In this document: one piece after another, positions 1 through 12,148 of the stretch | Position numbering within the stretch: the first letter of the stretch is position 1 | Layout of the letters: each line of letters starts with the position of its first letter | Assembly: GCA_030704615.1 (NCBI GenBank) | Contig: CM060734.1 | Coordinates: 8,370,001 to 8,434,000, forward strand | Length of the DNA stretch: 64,000 bases | From: Takakia lepidozioides | Taxonomy: Eukaryota > Plantae > Bryophyta | Direction of reading: 5' to 3' | Position numbers and translations under genes: made by a program | Notes under the pieces: model-generated | What the model saw: only the letters and a program-made list of their open reading frames with translations | Told to the model about the DNA's origin: nothing | The model's database searches: none

Positions 1-524
1 CACTTTTGAATCCAGCCATTCCTCCCATCGCCCGCAATTTTGGAATGACACTACAAATCTCTTCTTCATCAGCTTCTCCAACCACAGTAGGAAGGATTGG
101 ATTTGGAATTTCACTTATGTCATCCATCGGACGAATCCGAAAGCTCAACGATTGGAGTGGAGGACGTCTGTTCTTTTTTCACCACCACCACCTCCATCTT
201 GTCTTCAACGACTGAAGCAGCAGTCCCGGGCGTCACATATGACCCAAGGGACTTTTGCCAAGGCTCTCCAAGTACTCTGTATCGACCAGGACGCACTCTC
301 CACTGGCTGATATGAGCCGTCTCATCACGGTTTTGGAAAGAGTATTTCAACAACTTCCCTTTAAGATCGTACACCTCTTTCTCCAAAAAGATGGAGCCAT
401 TCTGCAGCTTAAAACGGGTAGCCAAGACATGTTCCAGAACAATTGCAAATCCATTGTCAAGGACTTCCTGGGAGAACGGCACTGGTTTGTCGTCAGAGTA
501 GAACTCCGCTTCAGAGGAAGCCAT
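1..524 (-). pseudogene. Unknown ORF remnant diverging from the ParB-MTase gene (MASSEAEFYSDD...); possibly the 5' part of the element's second, SWIM-containing gene
   Basis: ATG at 524 within ORF 120..644, with about 135 open codons before a stop at 120. Head-to-head with the + gene, the same geometry as the SWIM fragment in copy B. No recognisable motif. Confidence 0.3.
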
Positions 525-1350
525 CTTCTTTCCTCGCGTACGTTTATACCTTACTATCGCAGATCTAGTGTAAATCGGTTTACAGATGTCTCCAGAACAC
601 AGTTGAAGAATGAGCAGAGAATATGGCGGAGGAAGCTCAGACAACGACTGTGCATATTATTTATTCTTTCCAGATATGCAGCCGTCCATTTTTTACTTTT
701 CTTGTGGGCCCAGTGGTCAGAGTATTCCTAGGAGCAGTGTCGGCAGCTGTTAAAAGTTAATCAGACCTCATCAATAAACCCAATAACAAAGCCGATTTCC
801 TGGAAGCATGCCACCAGATCTGAGGATGGGATTGCAGATTAAGTAAATGTATCTTTATACTACTACCAATGATCATGCGCACCTAGAAAGTTCCAAATGT
901 GAACCAAATGTGGGGTATGGCTAACAAGGATGACCGTGTATGATATTCCAAAATTTGTCATCAAACTCTCGTTCATTTACATTTATTTTGTGTAAGACTG
1001 TGCGCCAAGATTTCTGGGATTCGCTGTTATTTTTAAATATTGAAACCGTTCTAATAAAGAACACGCCGTTTATTTTGGCGACACTCACGTCATACAATAA
1101 ATAACTGAATACGAACAGCTGTACACCAATTGGGGCATGTGCACTAATAAGGGAACGACTATGTGTAACGGTCACGCGAGAGGGATCCATGCTTCTAGAG
1201 ACAAGCAACAACGCAGGCAATCCCGCAAGAAATCGGGAGTCACTGCGTTTTTCTACTTTTCGCGCTTAGAGAGAGGTGTAGTCTGGAGAGGGTTCCTTCT
1301 ACAATACGAAAGTGAAGAAGGTCTATTTATTTTACTTCCCTTAGAGAGAG

Positions 1351-4300
1351 ATGCAGAGCAAGAGAGCAAATGACGAGGCGTCGTTTGTTGGAGAACCAGG
1401 GCAAAGGCAGCAGGTGAACGCAGAGACTGATTCACAAGAGCAGACGGAGACTGAGGCAGCGGCTGTGACACAGTCGGCGATAAGAGTGCGCCAGCCTATG
1501 GATGCAGAGATGACTCGCAGGGACACTGAAGGAGGTGGAAGCACGAGGAACGCCGAACCGGGAGAAGGTCCAGAAACCCTAGAGCAGACAGAAATTCCAG
1601 CAGTTGTGAGAGGGAAGAGGAAAGCTGCAGAAGGGGATCCAATTTCAAAACCTAAGAAGGCGCCAGTAAGTTTTCTCTAACTTACATTTCATTGTTGAAG
1701 ATCTGCGTAGAGATTGAGTGGAATGTCCCAGACAGGGATTATCGCTACCGCCATCATAACGGTGATTTGCTTTTCTACTCCTCTGCTAAGGGTTTACCGC
1801 ACAATGATTGGGTGACTATCGGTACCTACCGTCATTCACTGTTTTTCAGATCATACAATCTGTCTGATTGCCTTTCAAGCAGTCCTTCCTCTTCCCATGC
1901 TGGCAACGGTAATCACAATGGAGTCATCTGAATAATCTGCACTTACTGTCCGCCCTAAACTATACTGAATGTCGTTGCCACCAATCACTTACACATAGAT
2001 GTCATTACACAACACCGATCCGGCAGGTCCTTATTTTTTGTGATTGTCGTTAACGCCGGTCGTTCGCTATATCGCTCTCGCTTTTGTTTTGAATACGGCA
2101 GGATCAGCTTTGCTTGTGTAGATTGTGCTGAATTGTTTCACACCATTCATAGTGAGTTTCTTGGAGACAGAGTGATGGTCGTTACCGCCGTTCACTATTT
2201 GCAAATTACTCAGTCAGAATTGAATGGCATCGTGCAGAAAACTGTGATGTCGAAGCCTACAGGATCAGGGGTAAAAGGATTCTGGATGGGGACGAGTCCG
2301 GAAAAGCTCAGAGAATACAGATGAAGCAGATGAATCTGAAGTGCACTACCTTGACAAGGCACATTAGTGTCTCCAGAGATCAGTGATAACTGGGATGAGT
2401 GCTGGAAAGATGCCAATGAGGAGTTCGAGCTGGGCCTCATGATGGGAAAGAACACCCAACAATTCTGCAACCACATGTTCTATGTCTGGGACGGCAACCA
2501 CCGACTGCTGGCATGGATGGGATACATTCAGAAACACCATGCGAAAGACAAAGACAAGCATGTTGCTGTGGAGGCAATGGTTTTGGATCCTGGAACGACA
2601 TTGCTGGCTTCTTACAGCTATGCACGACGTGAACAAGTAAGTCATCCGAGAGATTTCATTCCCTCTGTAGTGTCTTAATTAATCCCCAAAAACAGTGTTA
2701 AGGAATGCAATTTTTCCAATGTTTTTGCAGATCGACAGAGAAATCGCATGTGACAACAAGCTTGGTCCACACACTATTCCGAATTCAGAGGATTGGTCTG
2801 ATGAAGCTGGATGATTTTCGGACAGTACTCCCACCCAATATAATCAAGAAGTGCGAAACAGGAAGAGCTGCAGGCACTTGGTATTCTTTGACACGAGAGA
2901 CGTTTCTGGAGTACATGTATGCCGTAAGCCCGAGTCTGTACTCATTTCTTTTCGAATACATGTTTGTAGTCCTCTTCGGTGCTAATCACTACTTGAATCA
3001 ATGCAACAAGAACCTGGCAGAGCAGCTGAGAAGGGAAAATCCGAATATTACCCAGCACTACACCAGAGGAACTAAGGACATCAAGGGTGTGGAAGCTGCA
3101 ATAAAGAAGGAGTTTGAAATGCGAAGACCAAATTGATGTCCGCCTTCGGAAAGCAGCTTAAATAGTAGATCCTGGACTTGGTTCTGAGTTCCTTCAGCAG
3201 ATCAAAACACACTATGACAAGCATGTGCATCCGGAGATGCAGCAGGAGAAATTGCACCGGCTGGCCATATCGATGGTCGACCCACAAACAAAAATAAGGT
3301 GGCTGGAGATATGGAACTCAGATCAAACAGTAAAGGACTTGAATCAGTTCCCAAAGAAGCACCATACAGCCTGGCACAAGTGGAAGGAATCAGTGATTGG
3401 TGTTTTTGATAACTGGCTCCACAAGGCTACATTTTGGAGTCAGGTGTATATTCAAACATGCCGTTTTTTTTCTCTTCAAGTATGTGATGAGTATCTTATT
3501 TTTCTGACAAATATACAATTTGCAGCTTGAAAAGCGCGCCATCATTGTGTTGGATCAGACTTTGAAGGACCTGAACATTTCGATTGTTTCCCCTCCCCCA
3601 AATGTCATTGGAGGCATACATAAGGAAGTGGAGAGGTCTCACCTGGAGATACTTTTTTTCCGGGAGTTCTCCAAAGATGAGAACATTTTACGGTCCAACG
3701 ACTTTGACATCAGGTTGGGGGAGAGTGGGCCATGATGCGAGTTGTGTACAGTGCAATGTCATACTGGAAACTCTACTTACTGCTTTTTTTGGGAAAAAAT
3801 GTGGCTTCATAAGGATTGCAATCATAGATCCAGATTGAATGTCGTTGACGACATTCACTTCTTTGTCTGAGTCATTCTTAAACGAGTATATGAATTCACC
3901 TGGTTTAGGATCTAGGTGTATTATAGTGTCTCTGATTAGAATTGATAATGTCCTTGAATGGCGTTGACGACATTCACATCCGGAGTTGTTGAGAGGTCCT
4001 CAGAGTTATGTAAATTTTTGTAAGTCCATAGAGTTTACAGTGAGGGTTCCTCACTTCATTTTGCTGAATGTCAATGCAGACATTCAGTTGTTCTGCATTG
4101 TTTTTGCCTCTTGCGAGAATCTGGAGGCTTGATAAGCTCTGTTATGAGAAATCCAAAGTGAATGTCGTTGACGACATTCACTTCTGTGTCTGTATTATTC
4201 ACCAATGACAATTTGAATTTATATGGATTGGGAGCTAAGTAATTGGTTCCTTGTTGGTATTTTTGTGAATGGCGTTGACGTCATTCACATACAGTGTTGT

Positions 4301-6915
4301 TGTGAGGTCCGTCAGTGGATATGTTCGTTATGAATGTGCATTGAGTTTTCCGGGAGGGTTCCTTACTCGAGTTTATGATTTCCATCCTTTGATTTTGCTT
4401 CATTGAGGAATAATTAGGCTTGATTAGGAGTGTATTCACAAATCCAAAGTGAATGTCGTTGACGACATTCACTTCTATGTCTGTGTCATTCCAAAACGAT
4501 AGTTTGCATTCACGTGGATTAGGGTGTATTTACAATATCATTGAATGGAATGTTTTGAATGGCGTTGACGACATTCACATCTGGAGCAGTCGTGTGGTCC
4601 TGAAAGGTCCTTGGAGCAGTTCTCAGAGCCATTTCATTCTATTTTTTTTCATTCTGTTCTACTTGCATCTTACTCACTGACGCTTTGGTGGGTTGGATTT
4701 ATCTCCTTTTTTCAGGTACACGAAATATGTGCTTATGGAAGGAAATCACCTGAGCGTATTCCAGACTATCTTGACATGTGGTCGGACCCTGCAAACGATC
4801 CAACCATGTATACTGCAGGGATATTGAAGGACTGGAGTCCTTCTCACTTCAGAGACTGTGGGTGGTACCTTGACTGCCCACCGAAGCACACGACCTTTCA
4901 AGAACAGCATATGAAATACTTGAACAATAACGCTGAGATGCTGGTGCCTTTGACTGACGAAGAGTACCAACGAAACATAGCAACATTGGCTGCCAGAGCC
5001 TGATGCTCAGGGAACGCCGCAGAAGGGAAAGAAGTGGGCCGCAAACCAAAAGACAAGGCTGTTGATGTCATAGCCATCTCACCAGCAAAGCCAAAGGACA
5101 AAGACAAGTCCAAAGAGAAGGAAAAGGACAAGGGGAAGGAGAAATAAAAGGAGATGGAGAGTGGGCAGGACTTTACTGTTGGAAGATATACCCGCACTGT
5201 TCAGTGCGTGTTTGATGCCAAGCCACACCCTTCCCGTTCTGATTCGGCAGGAGAGATGAAAATTGTTAATGAGGGTTGGCTGTCGATGATGTAGAGTCGA
5301 AAGAGATGATACACTGGGTGCCTCCGCCTACCTGGGACAATATAATCTCATTCCTCAATCTGGTGAGAATTTCCAGTTTCTTTCTTTTTCTCTGAAAGTT
5401 TCGTTGGCAGTATTTCAGTCTCGTTCTTTGAAAACATTCTTGCCATCGTTCTTATAAAAAACATGTCTGTTGCAGGTGAGCACAGGTCCCACCTTCGTGT
5501 GCGGTGTGCAGAAAACTTATGCGGCCGACATTGTCATTCTCGACATCCCGGATGGCCAGGCTGTGCCAGAAGTTCTTCCAAAGGGCAAGACGCCAGGCTG
5601 GAACAAATTCGAGGACAACTACTAGGTTGGGTGTTCGGGTTCTGTAAAACTTAACTTCCTCTTTGATGTAGGGACACTTCTTCTGCTTTTCAGTCATGTG
5701 ACAATGATAGTCGTCGGGCATTGGCATCATACCTCAAGTCTTCAGGGTTTGAAGTTTTGCGCACTTGGAATTGTGTGAACAGCCTCTACCTTGTGAAAGG
5801 GGGTTTCCCTGGTCAGCTGGTATGCCGTCTCCCTTCTGCTTGTGCTTTCATGATGAGTTTCAATGTTTCTCTGCAAGCTCCACTCTAGTAGAATCTGTTT
5901 GATCGACACCGCCATCACCGATTCGTGATAAAAATGATTTTTTGTGTCTGAGTTCTGAATACCGATGTACACACTTCCACTATAGATTGTGTTTACCACA
6001 CTAACCTGCTATCTTTGGCAGACGAGGATGTTCGAGGCGATCTGCCTGCGCATGATTCGCACCTCCAAGACACCATCCTCCATCCGTAACTTTGAGATTT
6101 CTGACCAGGGTTGTTTCGTCAACCCCCCCTATGAGCCCCATGTCGATGACATTTTGTACAACTCATGCAGTCCAGTCAGACTTGAAGAGACAGATCCCTG
6201 GAGAGGTGCAAAGGAAAAGTCCCCAGCGTTCATGCAAATACTGCTGGAGTCATGCAGCCACCACTCTGCAAGCGGTGGTTGATCTTTCTGTGTCCACAGT
6301 TTCGTTCTTTCCCTTCCGAATTGGTTTTCTTTCAACAGTTTCATCTGCTTAAACCCCCCCACCAAACTGTTCATGTCCTCCTGTCTGGTGCAGGAGCAAC
6401 TTATCATGCATGCAAGGCAGGCGGAAGAAGCCTTTTTGGCATGGAGGGTGATTCTGACCTCTACACAACAGTGCTCCTCTCCCCCTTTTGTCTGGATCCA
6501 CTTCAGGCACACAGACTGATCGGATTCAATTCGAAATGATGACGATCCCGAAGATAAGCAGGTCGACAACGACTTTCATGTGAGTAAGTGCTAAACCTCT
6601 TTGGAGCCATACTCAATTTCTCAATAACATCAAAGTTACAGTAAAAACTTTTTCAGGCTGTCTTTCAGGAAGGCAGCGGTGGATCTTCAGGAGATACAGT
6701 CATTTCTGGCGAGTCTGTTTTCGACGCCCCCTTTCCATTTTCTGCTTCCTGTTTATGCCGAAGCAATGGCACTTCACGCGCCGAGTCCCTATCCCCTGAC
6801 TTTTTACTGCCCAGCTGGCCGTAGGTGTATCCAGCGTGGATCCGGTATTCTAAAATACTTAGACTTAGATGCAGAAGAAGCGGGGATACATTGTACTGAC
6901 TCTGAGTCAGACTGA
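1351..6915 (+). pseudogene. Multi-exon ParB/Srx-like domain plus beta-class N4C/N6A DNA methyltransferase-like gene (frameshifts and stops)
   Basis: Approximate exons: 1351-1665, 2214-2636, 2731-2922, ~3010-3443, 3527-~3720, 4716-5361, 5477-5819, 6022-6298, 6394-~6580, ~6657-6915, mostly with GT..AG boundaries. FYVWDGNHRL (WDGNHRL 2487-2507) fits the ParB GxxR motif. ADIVILDIPDG (DIPD 5542-5553) fits motif IV. RGAKEKSPAFMQILLESCS..VVDLSVST|GATYHACKAGGRSLFGMEGD (6202-6452) fits motifs X, I and II in beta-class order. Confidence 0.72.
3836..4577. repeat. Intronic array of 7 palindromes TGAATGTCG-TTGA-CGACATTCA in roughly 300-bp dimeric units
   Basis: Copies at about 3836, 3955, 4065 (degenerate), 4159, 4266, 4450 and 4556; a further degenerate copy at about 1966. 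Confidence 0.9.
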
Positions 6916-7049
6916 ACTATATTATTTTAATATTCATTTTCATACTATCTGGAAAACGTTGAATCCCCTTCCTCCACCGTAGTTGTTCCTTTAGAACAAA
7001 TAATAATATCACACAGAATCAACTTTCATTTAAAATTGCAATATGTATG

Positions 7050-7860
7050 AATCCATCTCATAAACCTCCCTGACTCTTCTCATATCCATTGTGCATTCAT
7101 CTACAGTGTATTCATGCGTGCTCCATTCATGAATTTTTTCCTTTGTTCACATCCATTGTACATTCATCCTCTGTACTCTTTAATCCACCCCACAAACCTT
7201 CCACACTCATTTCATATACGTTGTACATTCGTCAAAAGTTTTTGTCATGCATCTTCCTGTCATGAATTTTTGTCATTGCTAAACATCCATTATACATTCA
7301 TCCATTTTACTCTTATCCATCCCTCATTCATCCATCTACAGTCATTTTTCACACTCATCCATGTTTATCATCCAACTGTACATTCATCCATCCTTTATTC
7401 ATCTGTTGCTTTCAGGTGGGAATGACCACTGCCTATTATTATGTCGTCCAGCTTGTTTCCGCGGTAAAGGGTGCCAATCCGCGGGAATACACTCCACTTC
7501 TTCTTGGGCGCGTGGTGACGCGGTCTTCAAGTGTGATGACGTGGAGTGAGCCCCGTGATGTGGCCTTGGCGCAAGTGACGTGGCGTGAGCGCAGTTGCGC
7601 TCACGTGACCAGTCTCATCCATCTGTTTATCATCCAACTATACATCATCCATCCTTTATTCAATGCCTTTTATTATGTCGTCCAGCTTGTTTTTCCGCGG
7701 TAAAGGGTGCCAATCCGCGGGAATACACTCCACTCTTCTTTCTGGCCGCGTGGGGTAACGCGGCCTTCACGTGTGATGACGTGAAGTGAGCCCCGTGACG
7801 TGGCATTGGCGTAAGGTGACGTAGCGTGAGCGCAGTTGCGCTCACGCGCTCACGTAACCA
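7050..7860. repeat. Subterminal region of copy A: CATCC-rich tract plus ~240-bp tandem duplication
   Basis: Many TCATCCAT motifs at 7050-7660; 7431-7612 is nearly repeated at 7665-7850. Confidence 0.8.
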
Positions 7861-7880
7861 GGCTCACGCCGGGCAATCCC

Positions 7881-10030
7881 CTGCACTCACCCCGTAAGGG
7901 AGTGCATACCAGACCCCATCACATAAATGACCTCCCTCTTCCTTTGTAGCTTTTACTTCTAGTTATAAAGGAACCATAGAAATAAAATGCCTACAATCTC
8001 AACTCTCCAAGGTCCAAAAACAAAACACGCCGTGACAAGCAAAGGTACACATCACACTTACATCAGAATTTAAAGTTTTACCTTTTTAGCTACACATAAG
8101 CTTTGGTAATGGAAAGATGAGGCCATGAAGGGGACCTTAACTCCGAAATTCATGAAGCAACAAACAGGAAATAAATTTTATTATCAACACTTTAGTGTTT
8201 ACCTAGCCCATGTTTTTGGTACCACATGTGTACCAAACCAATGGGGGCAGGTTTAGGTAATGAATTTTCTGCCACTGGCATGTTCCAAGTTGGCAAGTTG
8301 TGAAAAATGAAGGTACATCAACACATACATCAAAATGTAGAGTTTATAAGCTCTGGTGACCGGAAGAAGAGGCCAGTGAAAGAACCCTCAATTCCCAGGT
8401 CATAAAGTAACAATCAGGAAAGAATCTTATATCAGACTTTTAGTGTTTCCCACCCCTTTTTTTGGGTAAAATATGTGTACAAAACCAAAGGGGGCAGATA
8501 TTGGACTTGGTAATGACGTCTGGCAGGGTTTACCACCTGGTATTCAGACACAAAACATCTACCAGCAGCATATCAGAATTGGTATTTTTTATGGTGCTAT
8601 AAGAGCAAAGCCATAACCAGGAGAAACATAGAAAACTTTGAGCCAAAGAGATGGAACTCATTCTTATATAAGGTACCTAAATCTGACATAAGGCATCGGC
8701 TACAGGACCGGCAAACAAGAGTAATGTGCATTGACCGGATCATTATAAGGTGTACACGTCTACTCCAGCAAGCTGTCTTACAAGGCCTAGCTCAAAATTT
8801 CAGCAAAAAAATTCCAGACTAGCCTATAATGTTCTATGCTTATCTCAGTACCTTCAAGGATGCCTTACTCTCCATGCCAATTTCCAACATATTTTTGCTG
8901 GAGAATATCTTACCCGTCACAACGGATGAACTCTACCGCGCAGGATGACATCGATCGTGATTTCATCCGTGTTGGATAAAATTGTCTCTCGATTTTTCAT
9001 CTGTGTCATCCTCTGAGGATGGCATCCATTGATGGATGAAATAATAATAATAGGATGGCTCCATGTAGTATGCACTCACCCCGTAAGGGAGTGCATACCA
9101 GACCCCTTCATAATGGTTCTCCCTCTATTGAGTAGTTTCATCCTTGGATTGATTACTAGAAGGACAAAGAGCCTACTTCTTTCTCCCCCAGTTTTAAGAG
9201 AGATCATTGGTATCATATAAATGAAGTTTGACAAAAGATAAGTCATGAGCATTTCAATTTACCTCGTAGCTTTTCCACAAGCTCTTGTAAAGGGAAATAA
9301 AGACTAGGGAGGTGTCCGTGTTCGAGGAATTTTATGAGGATTTGAGCCAACTTTCTGGTTTTGAAACCATTTCTCCCCAATGTATGAATAAGAATACAAC
9401 ACTCTTTCCAAGCAAAGTTAGTACTGCTGGAAATATACAGAATAGGAAAAGCCTGTGAGATCATACGTTATAAGATTGATTCACATGCCTATTGGACATG
9501 ATTGATTACTGCGTATAAGAGAAAGGTAACAACCTTCTCTTATCATATTTCTGGAATTGGAACTTACCATTGTCCGAATCCAATATACTGAGCTAGACAT
9601 TCATAAAACAAGCTTCCAAGCTAGTGTATGGGGATTCATCCTTAGTCCTTAGTAGTTCAGGCTTAATTTCCACCACTTTGAGTGGATAGAACCACCATGG
9701 GTTCTGGCTGTTCCTGTCAGCATTAGGATCAAGAAACAGTCGAGCATCACACCGACATCAATCCCCCAAAAAAAAAAAAAAAAACCAAAACAGCAAATGT
9801 CATATATTACCTAAGCCGACTAAAACTTAGTCATTAAATGGAATTGTCCGAGAGCAGTCATTCTGAGAATGAAACGTATCTCATAAGACAGGAAATATAT
9901 ATTACACCAGAGCGGAGAACATGAAAAGCCCATTGGTATGCCTGATATTTGTTGCCAAACCTGATCCCCTAATGCAACAAAGCAGTGTGTCATCAACCAC
10001 TTGTGGAGCCCAAACAACTTAGCTTCAGGG
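7881..10030 (-). mobile_element. Penelope-like retroelement remnants (RT fragment plus two copies of a probable 3' end)
   Basis: ORF 9820..10017 reads QVWQQISGIPMGFSCSPLWCNIYF, the PLE-type RT motif (Q..GIPMG...SP...N.Y). A 36-bp hairpin-bearing sequence TGCACTCACCCCGTAAGGGAGTGCATACCAGACCCC occurs at 7882-7917 and 9071-9106. Confidence 0.65.
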
Positions 10031-11383
10031 AGCTTGTCAAGTTATTTTAAGCTATGGCGCCGTAGTGTGGATTCCCCATGGCGTGGGGTGCATTTGGCTC
10101 GCTTAATATATGGAGTGATGTTTTATGTGCAAGTAGTGAGTTTGAGAGAGCTTGTGTGCTTGTATCATTCTTTTCTTTATCACTCGAGAAAGATCAGCTC
10201 GAGTCTGTGGAGTGCCAAGGTTTGAGTTAGTTGGGGTAGCACTTGTGTTTTCAGATCATGAGAAGCGGGTGTGCCTGAGTGCAGGGATCCGTGCATGAGC
10301 CCTTCCAAAGCGGATAGAGTGCAAAGGCGAACAGGTTGCAGTTTGCAATGGATAGAGAGGGCGGGTACCTATGTTGAAAGCGGCGTTGCATAGCTCAACA
10401 CTATGGCAACCAAGTTTGGGCTTCTAGTGTGGCGGATGATGACGCTGGCCACGAGTGGGCGAACTGGTGGTCGTCTTCTTCAGCTACAGGCCGAGTTATG
10501 AACTGCAGGAATGTGGGTTGCGCATGGGAAGCTAGCGTGTGCAAGTTGGAGATTGATAGATCAGCTCCATGTATTTCTGCCCGAAACTAGTTGTTGCGGG
10601 TAGATGAGGAGCAGCCGAATAGTGGAGCTGCGAGGGGATACATCGCAGCCTCTTGGGAGCTTGAGCTCCAAGCTCATCGAGGTAGGAGTGAAGAGATGGG
10701 GCTGGTCCTCTTGTGTGCAAATCAGTGCAATTGTGAAGCAGTGCTGAGTGGAGTTTCAATCTGAAACTCAGCAGTATAAGGGCTCTTGGAGTGGCGAGCG
10801 GGGCTGGAAGGGCAGCAACGAGGCACCCTAGGGCCAGGGGATATGCATGAGAAGTGCAGGTGTACCAGTTTGTAAGGTGTGTATTTTCAGATTCGTTTTT
10901 GTGAGCTTCATGAAGAAATGAAGCTTGTTGGGCAGCATATTGCTTGAGTTTAGGGTGGCCTTGGTGGGTTTGAGAGCCCAAGAGAGCATGGCAGCAGGTC
11001 TGGAGGCTTCGCAGGCCATCGCTCGACGGCAGCAGGTGCTGGAGCAAACCCCCGCTCGGGAGAGCTCGGAACGCATGGGAACTCGTTGGGAGTTCCAGGG
11101 AACACAGGAACAATGGCCGTGCATGGGCCGTGGGGGCGGTATCATGAGATACCACGAGCCCAGGCCGTGCTGATGACCGTGACCGTTGACCGTGACCGTG
11201 GGAGCCGTGGTGCGGACACCACGGGTGGGCACGGTGACCAGATCGTGGGGATGGCAGGCCGTGAAGGCCTCGTGGGCTTGGTACCACGGGTTCACGGGGC
11301 CGCCATGGCCAACGAGCGCCTAGGGCGGGGCCGTGAGGAGTCATGGCGGATAGAGCCACGGAAGGCCGCGAACAGGCAGAGTG

Positions 11384-11414
<31 letters not shown>

Positions 11415-12148
11415 GTTTCGTGGGAACCTTTATGGGAGGCTGGGCTCTGAAGAACAACGGTTTTGAGCTTAGCTGATCCGGCAGAAAGTCGGAATTGCCT
11501 CCCTGTTGCATTTTAACAAGGGGATTACTTCCATGCAGGTAATCTTTTCGGGTTTTCACCCAATTCTTAACTATGGGGGGAGACCAGCCTGCAGGTAATT
11601 CATTTGGACAAATGTTTTGGTGCCTATATGTACCTCTAATTTGCTCCTTTTTGAACCTTCAGCGAATGGTATAGTTTCCTGAGGTGGTTCTATTCTGAGG
11701 AATGGCTGCTGGACATAAGGAGGCACTGGTTGGCCCTATGGAGGCTTGCATGGGGCCTTAGAGGCCAAGTTTCATGAGCTTGTGGAGGGCGGTTTGAGGA
11801 GTGTCTACAGGATGCTCTCATGGTCATGCAAGTGAGAGAAGAGAGGAAAAAAAAAGGTGTTGGGATGAGACCGTGCTGGGGATAGGCATTGCTTTAGCTT
11901 CCATTCCTCGTAGCTTTCCACCTTATCTGTAGGCCGAGACCTTTCCGTAGGTGGAGACAACATTTTGAAGAGGCCATGGCTGTGCGATTCGCACATCATG
12001 GGATTATAAAATATATATGTGTTCATCCACAAGACTTGGAGTCAGTTCGGGTTTGGGCTGGGTTGCAGAAGCGACACTATGGAGTTGTTTTTTGTGTGGG
12101 GGAGTTGTTGTTTTCATTCTTGTGTTTGGATCCCCTCCACACCTGCAT

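Larger units (their letters stand above)
1..7880 (+). mobile_element. Unclassified TIR DNA transposon, copy A (left end outside window), carrying a ParB-like/DNA methyltransferase gene
   Basis: Right terminus GCTCACGTAACCAGGCTCACGCCGGGCAATCCC (to 7880) resembles the termini of copies B and C. The subterminal block TATTCCCGCGG..TTACCGCGGAAA (reverse complement of about 7690-7730) matches 37330-37365 in copy B. The cargo gene is homologous to the one in copy B. Confidence 0.7.

Noticed and set aside
3836-4577. CRISPR-like array of palindromic repeats
   Set aside because: The spacers are long (about 70-170 bp), variable and resemble one another; there are no cas genes, and the array lies in a eukaryotic intron.
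1351-6915. Bacterial or phage contamination as the source of the ParB-MTase
   Set aside because: Spliceosomal introns at positions shared by two copies, and insertion of family members into plant retroelements with TSDs.
9061-9120. Possible hammerhead ribozyme or Helitron 3' end
   Set aside because: No CUGANGA/GAAA core, and no CTRR terminus at a consistent spacing in both copies.
10532-11466. 275-aa ORF and overlapping frames
   Set aside because: GC-rich, low-complexity sequence (GACCGT and CACGG repeats) with no recognisable motif; probably TE leader or decayed sequence.
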